A stretch of DNA of 64,000 nt from Laetmonice hystrix (GCA_965235115.1 OZ249447.1:13392001-13456000), one strand, 5' to 3'. Shown: positions 27,838-39,854, counted from the first letter of the stretch. Program-made: numbers and translations. The notes: generated by a model not told the origin, from the sequence alone.

Positions 27838-30689
27838 CTGTGCGACCTTTCCACTCATGACAACTGCTCCCAGCTTCATGTAGTAAGGCAGCGAGGTTAT
27901 CCTCAGGACATACGGTTTACCAAATGATAGTCGTGATACAGTAGACAGTTCTGATATCTAGATTATAGGTAGATATATTATCGGATAGTAACAACAGCAT
28001 GTTGGTGGAATGGGTTGATTTTTATGTGACGTGTAGCTCCTGCCAGAGGTTTGGAGTTGACAGACGCAAAAGAGGGGTGAACTCATGTTTTGAAATTTTA
28101 GAAAATCCCTCCTTAAAAGCTAAGAATTCGGGTCGTTCGGCTACCGTTTTGTGTAGTTTTTGAAATGTATCCATTAATGTACAGGCCTTAAAACTTTGGA
28201 TAGCGAAATAGTATATGTTAGTCAAGTAAGTTGCGAGTACCGGTACTAATTATTCAGAAAAAAAGCAGAATTTGTGGAGAAATGTCCAATTTTAGAAGGA
28301 AACTTCTGAAAATAGGGTTTTCTCTTGAAATACTTGTTTTACTCTTTCATTGATATATTCTTCTAGTAGTCGTGATATAATGTGTTCGTTTGTTTTATTA
28401 TCAGTTTTCCGTGGATGTGATTTAATTTGCACCGTTACATAGATAATGCATGCTTACCGAAACCTTGAACTATTTGGATGTCATCAGATCTGGTCTGCAG
28501 TCTGTTGCTCATTGCAAGTTTAGAGAAGCAGGTAGGAGTAGTATTAAAATATAAAGGACAGACGTGCAGAAAACGTTTAAGATGTTGGTCACTATACTGT
28601 CGATGTGGGTTTACCACAGTAGAGGTTTACCACATCAACAAGTCTTTAAATCTTTAAGTGATGTCCGATTGTTCAGATAATTAAACTAACACTGATCCAC
28701 CTACTGGTTTCAATGTCTCAGATCTCCAGTTAGTTACTATCTTTGTTACCGACAGGAATCGGTATGGCTACGAGATCCTAACGCCAAACATTAGCTTCAT
28801 CATGTCTAAGTGATAATTAGTAGTTGTAGTTCAGACATGATTAAAATGTCGTTTTCAAGAAATGTGTAATTTTCCAGTAGATGTACGAATCTGTGCGTGT
28901 TCATGTTGGCTATATAACAACACTAAATACTGGACACGACCTTTACAAAACCAGACGTTTCCACAGAAGTAAGTGCGTGAAGCAGCATACTCGTTCGCCA
29001 TCCATCGAGTCCGACAATGAAAGCTCCAGCCAAGGCAGTGCTCAAGACATCTGTTATGTGAACCAAAAAAAACTGCTGATTGTTTTATTACCTAAGTGGC
29101 TTCCTCAGTGTTACTCGTAATTAGGCCAATCTTAGGACGAGCACAGAGGCAGTGACCTTTGCTTTCCGGCATTGCCTTTGACAGTCCCTGCTTGGGAATG
29201 GTTTCTGCTGGACAGTGATGAAATAGAACTACCGGCGGTGGGAGTAAACGGTTCCCAGCGGGGCCAGGGTCAGTCCCGCAATGGTGCCTGGGGGTCCGGT
29301 GGAAGTAAGCGCAGAAAATATATACGATGTGTTGATATGCCGATACATTACAAGTATAGAGGACATCATTTTAAAGATGAATGTAGATGTCGAAATGAAG
29401 AGTACATTATTGCTTAAAGTCAAGCAGTAATGAGTTAATGAGGTAATGAGTTTAGATAGACTTTTCTACAGTTTCTCTACATCTTTCCTTGGTCAGTTTT
29501 CTCGTTTGTCTGTTCTGTCTGTGATTGAATGGTGCCACATTTTTATTTTGACTATCCGATAGGTTTTTGTCTTCTTTTATGGGGGTAAAATTTTCTGTGA
29601 TGATGTGCTAGTGATCTTTGGTGATTTTGTCTTCGTTATTTATATAAAAAAAACTATTTCTGCTAACTCCCAAATTAAGGTTTAGAATTTTCTTCTGTGA
29701 TACCATTTCACTTTGAATTTAAGTAGTGACAGAGATTCGTACACAATTCCGCGATTAGAAATGTTGTAATTCGGATCTTAATCATAAAACCAAGCTACAT
29801 ATTTATTTATGTGATAGAAGATAGCCCTAACTGAAGTGAACCAACAGTTTAGTTAACTATAACGGGGTCTCAGCACTCAGTATGTCATCAATCATTGTGC
29901 TGACGACGGTGGACGACCGACACTGCCCTCTGGTGTGTAATAAGGTTATGATTGTAATGGAGCCGTACGGGGCGGGTGGAGGGTGGCCAGCAGGCGGCCG
30001 GGGGCGGGTGGCCAGCAGGCGGCCGGGGGCCGAGGGCCGGTGGCTGTGGCGTTACTTGTCGACCACAACTTTACGTCAACAATACCGGAAGGTTCCCCAG
30101 GCGGGGCCCAACTTCCTCAGTTAAATAACGGATCGCTGCAGAAATAGGTCGTGGATGGCCCATGGCCAACTCGCCTTTTAAAGAAAGGTTTCCAAAGGAA
30201 AAAAAATCCTTTCAGTATTAGGGAACGTTTAAATTTCGAATAGAGTAGCTAACATAATTTGTAGCTATATGTTAGCAATATAATAGTGAAGCTTCAGATG
30301 CCAGCGTGTAGATTTAGTTTAGAGTCAATCAGTGTACCTTGAGTGAAGTGTATACCGTAATCATCATAATTAACGAGAGCCTACATGGATGAAATATTAC
30401 TTTTGATAATAGATTGTTTCATTAGGCTTAAGATATACCTGCTGTATCTTATTCTTTCCTCTTTCTGTGTCATGGCCACTGAACAAACAAAGCTCTCATC
30501 TCTAGGAGAAATGTTTGTGACTCGTGTGCTGCTGCTATGTTTGATGCTTGAGGAGCGAGGTATTTTGAGAAGAGAGATTATTCGGATTGGTGATTCTAGT
30601 TGATTTGTTTGGATACTTGCAGTGTTTGAGAGCTGCTGGTTGTTGGTAGGTTGGCGGTTGTTTGACGGTGGGTCTGTTCATGTTTCCAG

Positions 30690-30838
30690 GTCCGTGGGTC
30701 GTTAAGGAAGAAGAAAGGGACGAGGAAACCCCTTACACATCACCTGTACTGTCTCCTACGGAACTTTGGTTGTCACGTGACAGAGGAGGCAGAGATATAC
30801 CTGGCTCTCTATGACGCCAAGGTTGGCAGGTACTTCAG
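30690..30838 (+). CDS. DOCK3/DOCK4: DOCK exon: VRGSLRKKKGTRKPLTHHLYCLLRNFGCHVTEEAEIYLALYDAKVGRYF(S)
   Basis: tttccag/gtaagt, 149 nt, phase 0 to 2. Confidence 0.93.
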
Positions 30839-31236
30839 GTAAGTCATTCACTATTGATTCTACCTTGCAGTCCTCGCGAGACGCGAGAACATGTGAGATA
30901 CGGTTTGGCGCGCTTAGGTCAATTGAGCGTTTGGTTTCTTGATTTTATTGGGAAGTTAACGTAACGTGTCTAAATGTTAGGGGCAGACGATCTGATGTCC
31001 CAGGACTGAGGGGGGGGGGGGAGGTATGGTTTTTCTTTCTCTTCCAGCGTTTTTATTATTAATTCTGTCTCTACCCTCTCTCTGCCAACCCTTAATCTCC
31101 TTACAAGTCTCTCTGCCTCCTGTAGTCTGACCCTCGCTTCGTCTGGCTCTGGTTCTGTCTGACTGCCCCGATCTGACCTTTGCCCTCCACCAACTCTCCC
31201 CTTATTAAGTTTGTAAGATGATCCTCTCCATTTCAG

Positions 31237-31315
31237 TGAACGCTTCTTGGCCAAGATGAGGAATGGTCTGCCAATCAACCTGGAAAAAATCCATAATAAC
31301 AGTGCTTTCTTCACA
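31237..31315 (+). CDS. DOCK3/DOCK4: DOCK exon: ERFLAKMRNGLPINLEKIHNNSAFFT
   Basis: tttcag/gtgagt, 79 nt, phase 2 to 0; SERF motif. Confidence 0.95.
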
Positions 31316-31653
31316 GTGAGTGCACATATTACCGGATCATATAACAGTGTTGATCCTCTATGTCCTAGTCTTGGTAGTTATATGATACATAGTGGGGTTT
31401 AAAATTGAGCGGATTCTGTATAAAAAATAGATAATCTAATTTCATTACTTATAAAGCCTTGGGGGGGGGGGCACTAGATGACTTGTAAAACAACAGCTTT
31501 TACAGCCTAAAATCAAGAGCTTTTACAACATATTATCATAGATAAATGGTATAGTAAGAAAACAGTAGAAGCAGAAAACTGTTGGAATATCACATTGGGT
31601 GTAGAAAGATTACGACGTGCCATATTAGATGACTATGTACCACTATTTACCAG

Positions 31654-31714
31654 GACCTCGGTAGTGGCGACCTCTACAGGGACGCCTACCTTGTGGCGCA
31701 TGTCTTCAGGATTG
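31654..31714 (+). CDS. DOCK3/DOCK4: DOCK exon: DLGSGDLYRDAYLVAHVFRI(G)
   Basis: taccag/gtgagt, 61 nt, phase 0 to 1. Confidence 0.95.
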
Positions 31715-31850
31715 GTGAGTTCAAGAGTTTCCTGTAGAATATACCGTCATTTGTATCTGGAACTAGTGACATAAGCATTTAAATGAAGCTTGTGATAGTC
31801 CAGACGATATGGTAATACATGTATTGAGTTAGGAATTGTCCGTACTTCAG

Positions 31851-31922
31851 GTGCTCTTAAAGAAGCCGACTCGGCCAAGAAAGGGAATGTCAACCGTTAC
31901 AAACGACCATATGGATGTGGAG
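31851..31922 (+). CDS. DOCK3/DOCK4: DOCK exon: ALKEADSAKKGNVNRYKRPYGCG
   Basis: cttcag/gtaaga, 72 nt, phase 1-1; RPYGC motif. Confidence 0.95.
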
Positions 31923-32161
31923 GTAAGAACTACAGTACATCTTACTGTTCTTTGTTTTGGACCTGGCAGCTAATGTTTCCCAGCTGTCATTTGAAGGAAG
32001 TCACTATAATGGTTGGATACTAGGAGCATGTATGCTGTGTATATTTTGAATTTAGCGAAGATTGTTACAGTGAGTATTTCTGAAGTAATGACAACAGTTG
32101 GGTAGTAAGTGAAGATGACTTACCTGTCCGAGTACATGTCGTAACACCCTGTCTGTCTCAG

Positions 32162-32237
32162 TGCTACCTGTCCGTGATGTCCTGCTCGGAACACATGAGG
32201 ACACGGAGGAGAAAGAGTTCCACATCCGTATCTACAG
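32162..32237 (+). CDS. DOCK3/DOCK4: DOCK exon: LPVRDVLLGTHEDTEEKEFHIRIY(S)
   Basis: tctcag/gtaggt, 76 nt, phase 1 to 2. Confidence 0.93.
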
Positions 32238-32388
32238 GTAGGTAACTGAGCCACTGTAGGGACCTTAAACTCATTGAACATTGGGTCGTAACAAACTAGG
32301 AGATGATATACAGAAAGAAATGCTATGAATGAACGAGTGTCTCATTCGTGCTGGGTAGTCTCTGATTAGTTTCACTGATTTGTTTTAG

Positions 32389-32480
32389 CTGCAATGAAAG
32401 TGATTTCCCCCAACTTCATGACAATATCATTCGACGGCAGAGCAATAAGTTTAGCCTCTCCTCAGCCCAGAGCAACTGCG
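32389..32480 (+). CDS. DOCK3/DOCK4: DOCK exon: CNESDFPQLHDNIIRRQSNKFSLSSAQSNC(G)
   Basis: ttttag/gtaaga, 92 nt, phase 2 to 1. Confidence 0.95.
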
Positions 32481-32737
32481 GTAAGACAGTCTTAATGAAA
32501 CATCCTTTAATTATCTGTTAAATACATGTAATATTTTAAAATCTTCTTTCCATGAAGATGAAATGGTCGCTGCATATTTAGTTATAGTCGTCTCTAAGCC
32601 TTGAGTGAAGAAGATAAAAGATAATTGGCAGCAGGCAATGTCTTAACTTTTTATTAAGAGTATGAATTATTAAAGCAAATCTGATATTAAAAAAGTGATT
32701 ATTATATAAATACTGTGCATATTGAAATGGTGGACAG

Positions 32738-32860
32738 GTATCGTGGTGGGTGTTCGGATGTTACACGGAGACCTGGAACAGGTGAGGAAGGAGGAACCGG
32801 TTCTGATGAGAGGGATCGCTCTCACCCGCAAACTGGGCTTCTCTGACGTCATCATGCCAG
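32738..32860 (+). CDS. DOCK3/DOCK4: DOCK exon: IVVGVRMLHGDLEQVRKEEPVLMRGIALTRKLGFSDVIMP(G)
   Basis: ggacag/gtgagc, 123 nt, phase 1-1; TRKLGF.DVIMPG. Confidence 0.96.
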
Positions 32861-32961
32861 GTGAGCCCAACGTTTGTTATGAGATTGTTTATTATATAAA
32901 CATAGAACTTGTTGACAACTGTCCGATAATCCATTGACTCTTTGGGGATATATTGATACAG

Positions 32962-33086
32962 GTGACGTACGTAATGACTTGTATTTGACGTTAGTAAGAG
33001 GAGAGTTTGAGAAAGGTACCAAAACTACACAACGCAATGTGGAAGTACGTGTCGTGGTACTGGACGTGGAGGGACAGGTCATACCG
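32962..33086 (+). CDS. DOCK3/DOCK4: DOCK exon, DHR-1 start: DVRNDLYLTLVRGEFEKGTKTTQRNVEVRVVVLDVEGQVIP
   Basis: atacag/gtaagt, 125 nt, phase 1 to 0. Confidence 0.96.
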
Positions 33087-33215
33087 GTAAGTCACCACTT
33101 CAACCTCATTATAACTGCTACCAGCTACTTCGTATAGAAGACTAAATAGGATCGTGATGGTCTTATATTACACTTATATATTTCCTGAATAATCATCAAC
33201 CTGTGTTGGTTTCAG

Positions 33216-33314
33216 AACTGTTTGAGTGCGGGATCGGGCGAGCCTGAGGTGACGGATTATAACGCCGTCATATTCTACCACAACAACAACCCCAAGTGGA
33301 ACGATACCATCAAG
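33216..33314 (+). CDS. DOCK3/DOCK4: DOCK exon (DHR-1): NCLSAGSGEPEVTDYNAVIFYHNNNPKWNDTIK; ends at a GC donor
   Basis: tttcag acceptor, 99 nt; AAG|gcaggc donor inferred from alignment to the next exon and an in-frame TAG shortly downstream. Confidence 0.9.
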
Positions 33315-33550
33315 GCAGGCCACATACCTTTCTCTATACAATGTATATAGTGTGACTGTGATATAGGACCTGTGGATGGAGTTAGATATATGAGACGTCA
33401 TATCATACATGTAACTCCATACACGGGTCCTATATCACAGTCACAGAATACTACTATAATACTTAAATAGATACGGAATATTGCAATTCTTACTCACGTG
33501 TACAAAATTTAGAAGTAACATTTTTACTCAACATTGTCATCTTCTTCCAG
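33315..33550 (+). other. GC-AG intron (236 nt)
   Basis: AAG|GCAGGC ... cttcttccag; needed to join NDTIK to LAIPIEKF in frame. Confidence 0.85.
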
Positions 33551-33626
33551 TTGGCAATACCCATTGAGAAGTTCTATGGCTCACACATACGATTGGAATT
33601 CCGCCACTGTTCCAGTGATGCTAGAA
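33551..33626 (+). CDS. DOCK3/DOCK4: DOCK exon (DHR-1): LAIPIEKFYGSHIRLEFRHCSSDAR(T)
   Basis: ttccag/gtgagt, 76 nt, phase 0 to 1; an alternative in-frame donor would end it at 33614. Confidence 0.92.
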
Positions 33627-33710
33627 GTGAGTTGACATTTGTTTATTTTCATCAACAACATGATTTGGTTATGTAATTTATAATATCACCTTTATCGTGA
33701 TATAAAAAAT

Positions 33711-34326
33711 GTTTGGTTATTATTGTGTTTGGTATAAAGAGACGTGCCACGGTCTTATCTTATGTTTGTACATGATCTGAGTGTGTGATGGTTTAACAGT
33801 TTGGTTATTATTGTGTTTGGTATAAAGATACATGCCACGGTCTTATCTTATGTTTGTACATGATCTGAGTGTGTGATTGGTTTAACAGTTTGGTTATTAT
33901 TGTGTTTGGTATAAAGAGACGTGCCACGGTATTATCTTATGTTTGTACATGATCTGAGTGTGTGATGGTTTAACAGTTTGGTTATTATTGTGTTTGGTAT
34001 AAAGATACATGCCACGGTCTTATCTTATGTTTGTACATGATCTGAGTGTGTGATGGTTTAACAGTTTGGTTATTATTGTGTTTGGTATAAAGAGACGTGC
34101 CACGGTCTTATCTTATGTTTGTACATGATCTGAGTGTGTGATGGTTTAACAGTTTGGTTATTATTGTGTTTGGTATAAAGAGACGTGCCACGGTCTTATC
34201 TTATGTTTGTACATGATCTGAGTGTGTGATGGTTTAACAGTTTGGTTATTATTCTGTTTCATATAAAGAGACGTGCCACGGTCTTATCTTATGTTTGTAC
34301 ATGATCTGAGTGTGTGATGGTTTAAC
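33711..34326. repeat. 88-bp minisatellite x7, ending 7 nt before exon 34334
   Basis: GTTTGGTTATTATTGTGTTTGGTATAAAGAGACGTGCCACGG...GATGGTTTAACA. Confidence 0.97.
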
Positions 34327-34333
34327 TTTCCAG

Positions 34334-34440
34334 CACGAGACAAGGCAGAGAAAAAACTATTTGGATTTTCCTTTACCAAGTTAGTTGCTGATGACGGGAC
34401 AACATTAAGTGATGGTCCACACGAACTCTACTTATATAAG
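34334..34440 (+). CDS. DOCK3/DOCK4: DOCK exon (DHR-1): RDKAEKKLFGFSFTKLVADDGTTLSDGPHELYLYK
   Basis: tttccag/gtgagt, 107 nt, phase 1 to 0. Confidence 0.96.
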
Positions 34441-37210
34441 GTGAGTTGTATCTCTTATCATTCCGGAACTAGACCCAATAAACCAAGAACTCGCTTCTCA
34501 AGGATTAATACCTTAGGTGCTGTTAAAGGCAGCTGATTGGCTGGTCGTCAACCATTCAGCCAATCAGGTCAGCTGGAGATCGAATTAAGCAGCTTGGCTG
34601 TGAGATTTCGTCTCATCATTTGTCAATGTATATGTATAGCTATGTAAGGGTGCAGGTCAAGGTATTTTGATGGCTATGTTAAGAGTTAGACTATAATTAT
34701 AATGATCGCATTAGGGATGTACAGAGGTTAACAATATGTAAGGTATCATGCAGGAAACAGATAAGATGCCTCAGTGGTGGTGTATTAGATTATTAAGATA
34801 GATACTGTATTCCTGAGTAAATTAAGCAGACCAGTTTGAATGCAGTCTGTTGGTATTTTATGGCCCTCATTATGGTGGATCAGGGACAGCATGCCAAGCA
34901 GTCAGAGACCATGCAAGCTTGACAGTCTCCAAATATGTTTTCTTCCCTTGTCCTTGAACTGAAGAGTATCGTGTTTCCCACTACATTTCTATTTTTTTTT
35001 CCATGTGTGAGTCATGCGTTCCCATATGTGTGAATCTTGTCACTCTTGGCCAGTTTTTTTTCTGTAGTATTTCCCCCCCCCCCCATTCCTGTTATTACTT
35101 ATTCATTTTGTGGAGTATTATATTTCTCTATCAGAAAACAAAAACACTTGAAGCCTTCAAGCGCCAGTTCAGAATAGAATAACTCATTTAAAGCTTCACT
35201 GCAGAAATGCTGTAAATGTCCACATTTGTTTTCAAAAATGAATTTTAAAACCCAAGTTTGGGGGACCTCCTGGGAATTCAGATTTTGTTCGTAAACTTAC
35301 TTTTAAGGTGTGCCCAGTGGTTTTACCAGGAAGTACTTTGTAGGATTACGCACTTAGACTTTTGGTATTTCTAGAATCCCTGGTTTCGTTCTCCACGGCC
35401 CGATCTGTGTCTACTCGATATCAAACGTGGGAATTTTTCGTAAATACTGAATTAAAGGGTTCAGTATCAAAACCTGGAACCAGCTAAATTCCAGTTATTT
35501 ACCTAAACAATAACATGAACCCCTTTCGGGGGCAGATATCATAGAAGCGGTTTAGGATGAGCGACATTGAATCTTTCACTACATTTACCGGTATATGTTT
35601 AAAGAATCAGCTGAAAGTACCGTCTCATTCCGGGCCCATTAAGCCTGGATGAAGCTATAAACTGTCTAAGTGGGTTCATTTTGTTGTTCTGGTGCCAAGT
35701 TCACGCTCCCTGGCAAATATGGGTCAGCAGCCGCTCCAAAGGTACGGACTGAAAGTGATCGTCGAGGCTTAGCTTCCATATAATGTTACTACATAATGCA
35801 AGCCAACGGCCAATAATCAACATTGGAACACTTTTGTTTTTACAGAAATCTAAAACATCCATCTCATGTTTGCTGTTTTCTGTTTTTGCTGGGTCTTAAT
35901 TTGGTTGTGGTTTCACAGACTGCCAGAGCTATGCCCACAGCTGACTGGGGAAAGATCTATAGATACCAGCTGGAAATATTTTTTTGGCTTATTTTGTGAA
36001 TGCTGCAGATTGCCTCTTTAATCTGTGCCTTTAGATCGCCCTACAGCTCTTCCCCTGTATATATTTTCTTCTCTGCCATTATCCTGTTCGAACTGATTTG
36101 ACAATCTGTGCATATGACACTGGGAAGATTACAAGTTTATAAACCCGTACCGTTTTGATTAGTTTGACTCTATCTCATCATTAGTCCTGCATGCCTCATA
36201 CTAAGTTATTAACGACCTGGACCTAACGTGATCAGTGTGCAGGTTGTGATGGCCAAATAACCAGTCGGACTGGTAGTGAATTATAGTAGTTGATTGTTAT
36301 TTGAAATTGGATTCCACCTTGTCCTGGTTTCGTTTGAAAGACCTCGCGGCATTGCCACATATGTCGTGACTACCGACTTGAACCACTGACCGAAATAGTC
36401 CCTGAGTCTTTTATTTCATCCCAGTGATAAATTTAACTTAAATTTCACTACCAATTTGAGTTGGCAATTGGAACGATGGCAGAGCCACTTTCTTCAGGCA
36501 GTAGTTTACCACATTTATGGGAATACATGTACAAGCTTTTAGTTTTTAATCCTCTGGTTTCAGGCAAATGTCTAGGTCCAAGGTCTACTGCAGTCACACA
36601 CCCAACCCCGCCTTAAACAAATCTTTAAGTCTCCAGCTTGATTCCATGCTGAATAAATTCTAACCCTCAAACTTAATGCGTAATGAGGAAACTTGTGTCT
36701 TTGTTTCAGTGGGTGGGTTTCATACCGTTAAAATCATGGCATTATCTGCACTGCATATCGCATTACTGAGCAGCACGCCTCAGTGTCCTGAAGGAAATAA
36801 CCGTAGCATGAGTTGTATTGAGTTGTCTGAGAACAATGTTGGTAAAGAGATCGATAGTGGATTGACACAAGAGAGATACGGTTCCAACCGTTATTGATGA
36901 GTCATAGATTGATATGGCGGAGAACAACCATTGTCAGGACATTATCCCATTATTAGATTGTGTACTGTGTCGGACAGATTTACATAATTTGATGTCACAT
37001 GAAATGATGGCAATTATCCATAGTTATGGAGGAAGGCAGCCTTGACCAGTAGATCCTGTAGAATATGGTTCCCTTGTGGACCGTCAACCATTAGAAACTG
37101 TCATTGTTTTGTTCATTGTTCACGGAGTCCACCCTGTATTCGTATAACAGTGATGAGTTGATTTGATTGAGTAAAATGTTTTATATTTTGTATGTTGTCC
37201 TTGTTTACAG

Positions 37211-37385
37211 TGTGAAGATTCTCGTAAACTACAAACACCAGACAAGTACATCACTCTGCCAAGTTCACAATCAGAACTGAACCCGGCGTATGGTACCACA
37301 CAGGGAAATGTCTTCTTCCGACGCAGTGAACGAGAATCCATCTTTATCGAGACACTCCTCTGTTCTACCAAACTCACACAAAACT
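37211..37385 (+). CDS. DOCK3/DOCK4: DOCK exon (DHR-1 end): CEDSRKLQTPDKYITLPSS...RRSERESIFIETLLCSTKLTQN
   Basis: ttacag/gtaagt, 175 nt, phase 0 to 1; STKLTQN. Confidence 0.96.
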
Positions 37386-37513
37386 GTAAGTGGAGGATGG
37401 TGATGTTTAAAAAATAAAATAAAATAATAAAAGTCATTATTCTACATTCTTGAAAAAGTGAGGTGTGCAAGGCAGATTGTGACTGAACCTAAATATTGTT
37501 TGTCCACCTGTAG

Positions 37514-37611
37514 CTGATTTGTTGGGGTTACTAAAGTGGAAGGCTCAGCCGGAGCAGATTGACCGACATCTGGAGAACTTGATCAAACTAGACGGCCAGG
37601 AGATTGTCAAG
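37514..37611 (+). CDS. DOCK3/DOCK4: DOCK exon: DLLGLLKWKAQPEQIDRHLENLIKLDGQEIVK
   Basis: ctgtag/gtaggt, 98 nt, phase 1 to 0. Confidence 0.96.
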
Positions 37612-37916
37612 GTAGGTTATCACTCACAGACCTAGAATAATATCTTACACTGGATGGTAGTCTAATGATCATTGATGGTCCAATAGACATTGGCATCAAA
37701 TCAATGCCTAACCAACTTATGTCCGAACATTCCACTTGATGGCCACAATAGTTGCTACAACTGCCACCTAGTGGCAAGTTACAACACTGATTACCATTTA
37801 CCGTGAAAGCCAATGAGATGCTATATCTTCAATCAATGTCTTAGTGTAAACATCCTGTGTAAGATAAAGTATGACGTTTTAATTCCAACAATAATGTTCT
37901 ATCTCATCTTACACAG

Positions 37917-38009
37917 TACCTGCGGGACATTCTTGATGCACTCTTCACCATGTTTTCTATGGAGAATGGGAACCGGTTACCACAGGCTGACCTCGTGTTT
38001 CAGGCCCTG
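37917..38009 (+). CDS. DOCK3/DOCK4: DOCK exon: YLRDILDALFTMFSMENGNRLPQADLVFQAL
   Basis: acacag/gtgagt, 93 nt, phase 0-0. Confidence 0.95.
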
Positions 38010-38325
38010 GTGAGTGGTTTATTTATAGTCAATACTTGGCATGCTGAAGTAAATGGTATTGTTCTTATGTCAGACAGATTAGCCACCTCTCCAGATGGTA
38101 TTTCAGCTGCAGGCCATGATATTTGTTAATAATAGGAGATTTTTGTAGTCTGTATAATAAACTGTAAACAATGACTCAATAATTCTTCTAATGCATACAA
38201 GGTTATGTAAATATTGATACAACATTTTCCTCAGTAGGAAGTGTCCCCGAGAAAGAACAAGGCACAGGGGTGACTAAAGATAAGATAAATGATATAAGCT
38301 GAATGTATTTTTATTGTTTTCCCAG

Positions 38326-38426
38326 GTTTACATCTTTGAGTTACTAGAAGACAGCAAATATGAGCACTTCAAGCCAGTGATGGACACATACATAGCCAAC
38401 CATTTCTCGGCACCACTTGTTTACAG
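38326..38426 (+). CDS. DOCK3/DOCK4: DOCK exon: VYIFELLEDSKYEHFKPVMDTYIANHFSAPLVY(R)
   Basis: tcccag/gtctgt, 101 nt, phase 0 to 2. Confidence 0.95.
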
Positions 38427-38608
38427 GTCTGTAGATTTCTAGGGCTCATACTGAAATTTTGCATTTTGTTGAAATACGTTAAATAAATGGCAAGTGTTTT
38501 TGTTGTCTCTTTCATATAATAAAGTCCATGCGGATATTATGTTTTTGCCAGCAAAGCTTCATTGTTTTGTGTACTGATTAGAAAGGTAAGTTTTGTTTTG
38601 TGTTGCAG

Positions 38609-38693
38609 AGACTTACTCAAATGTTTGCGGGAAAACAACTTAGAGGCCGTCACTGACGCCGAGGACCATGGGCCATATCAGTCCTGCTTCAAG
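38609..38693 (+). CDS. DOCK3/DOCK4: DOCK exon: DLLKCLRENNLEAVTDAEDHGPYQSCFK
   Basis: ttgcag/gtttgt, 85 nt, phase 2 to 0. Confidence 0.92.
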
Positions 38694-38806
38694 GTTTGTT
38701 GATACGTGGGTTAGTCAGAGCAGAAGGAAGAAATGAGTAAATGGGTTGGGGTAGCGCAGTTTCTTAGAGTATAATCTTGTTTCACATAATATTATATTGT
38801 TTGTAG

Positions 38807-38859
38807 GTGCTGGAGTATATAATCAAGTATGTCGTTCAGTCGAGACTGCTGTTTGCCAG
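38807..38859 (+). CDS. DOCK3/DOCK4: DOCK exon: VLEYIIKYVVQSRLLFA(R)
   Basis: ttgtag/gtgagt, 53 nt, phase 0 to 2. Confidence 0.95.
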
Positions 38860-38908
38860 GTGAGTGGATTGCCTTGATTGTACCACTGATTTTGTATGTG
38901 TGATTGTG

Positions 38909-39258
38909 GGTGGAACTGAGCGAAAGGCAGTGGTGAAACTGAGCGAAAGGCAGTGGTGAAACTGAGCGAAAGGCAGTGGTGAAACTGAGCGAAAGGCAGA
39001 GGTGGAACTGAGTGAAAGGCAGTGGTGAAACTGAGCGAAAGGCAGAGGTGGAACTGAGCGAAAGGCAGTGGTGAAACTGAGCGAAAGGCAGTGGTGAAAC
39101 TGAGCGAAAGGCAGTGGTGAAACTGAGCGAAAGGCAGAGGTGGAACTGAGTGAAAGGCAGTGGTGAAACTGAGCGAAAGGCAGAGGTGGAACTGAGCGAA
39201 AGGCAGTGGTGAAACTGAGCGAAAGGCAGAGGTGGAACTGAGCGAAAGGCAGTGGTGA
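38909..39258. repeat. 23-bp minisatellite, ~15 copies
   Basis: GGTG(A/G)AACTGAGCGAAAGGCAG(T/A). Confidence 0.97.
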
Positions 39259-39351
39259 TTGCGAGCAGTATAAAATGTTTTGGTTCTGGCAGTTTTCTAT
39301 AGCTTTCTGATTGTCTTCTGCATTCATGAGTTAATATTTTGTCCGTTATAG

Positions 39352-39460
39352 GGCAACTGGAGGGCAGAACCTGGAGGAATTCCAGACAGGACTTCACGAA
39401 GTATTTGAAGCCATGTGCCATGTCCTTTCCAAGACTTCAGAACCTTTTGTTGACACTCAG
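39352..39460 (+). CDS. DOCK3/DOCK4: DOCK exon: ATGGQNLEEFQTGLHEVFEAMCHVLSKTSEPFVDTQ
   Basis: ttatag/gtaata, 109 nt, phase 2 to 0. Confidence 0.94.
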
Positions 39461-39667
39461 GTAATATGTGTTTTAATAAACATGTGGTCTGCCTGGTCTG
39501 TGAATGTTTTTTGATTGTCACTAAAATATCAGTTACCATTTAGTGGCCTGTATCATTCAAGAACAGTACAGTATGAGAAATGTATGTAACATAAGATTTG
39601 CTGAGTGTTAATTGAGTCTGAGTGACTGTTAACCATCTCACGTGCTTGTTATTGTTGTCCCTGCCAG

Positions 39668-39854
39668 TGTTTGCTCCTGAAGGCCGTGCCCAAAATCTGT
39701 GACCACCTGCTCAAAGTCATCCCAGCAGCTGAACTCGGTACTCTAGTCTGTCAGCTCTACAACATTGTGTCTGTCGAAAACACCGCAAAGGTTCACCGCC
39801 AAAAACTTAACAGTCTCCGCGACCTCGTCGGGCTGCAACTCTTCGCCTGTCCAG
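39668..39854 (+). CDS. DOCK3/DOCK4: DOCK exon: CLLLKAVPKICDHLLKVIPAAELG...LVGLQLFACP
   Basis: tgccag/gtaggt, 187 nt, phase 0 to 1. Confidence 0.93.

Noticed and set aside
29853-29865. TAACTATAACGG resembling the LSU rRNA homing-endonuclease target
   Set aside because: Only about 12 nt match, with no surrounding rRNA sequence.
34533-34567. 11-bp inverted repeat CTGATTGGCTG / CAGCCAATCAG (paired CCAAT boxes)
   Set aside because: Real, but too short to assign to a TE or regulatory class.
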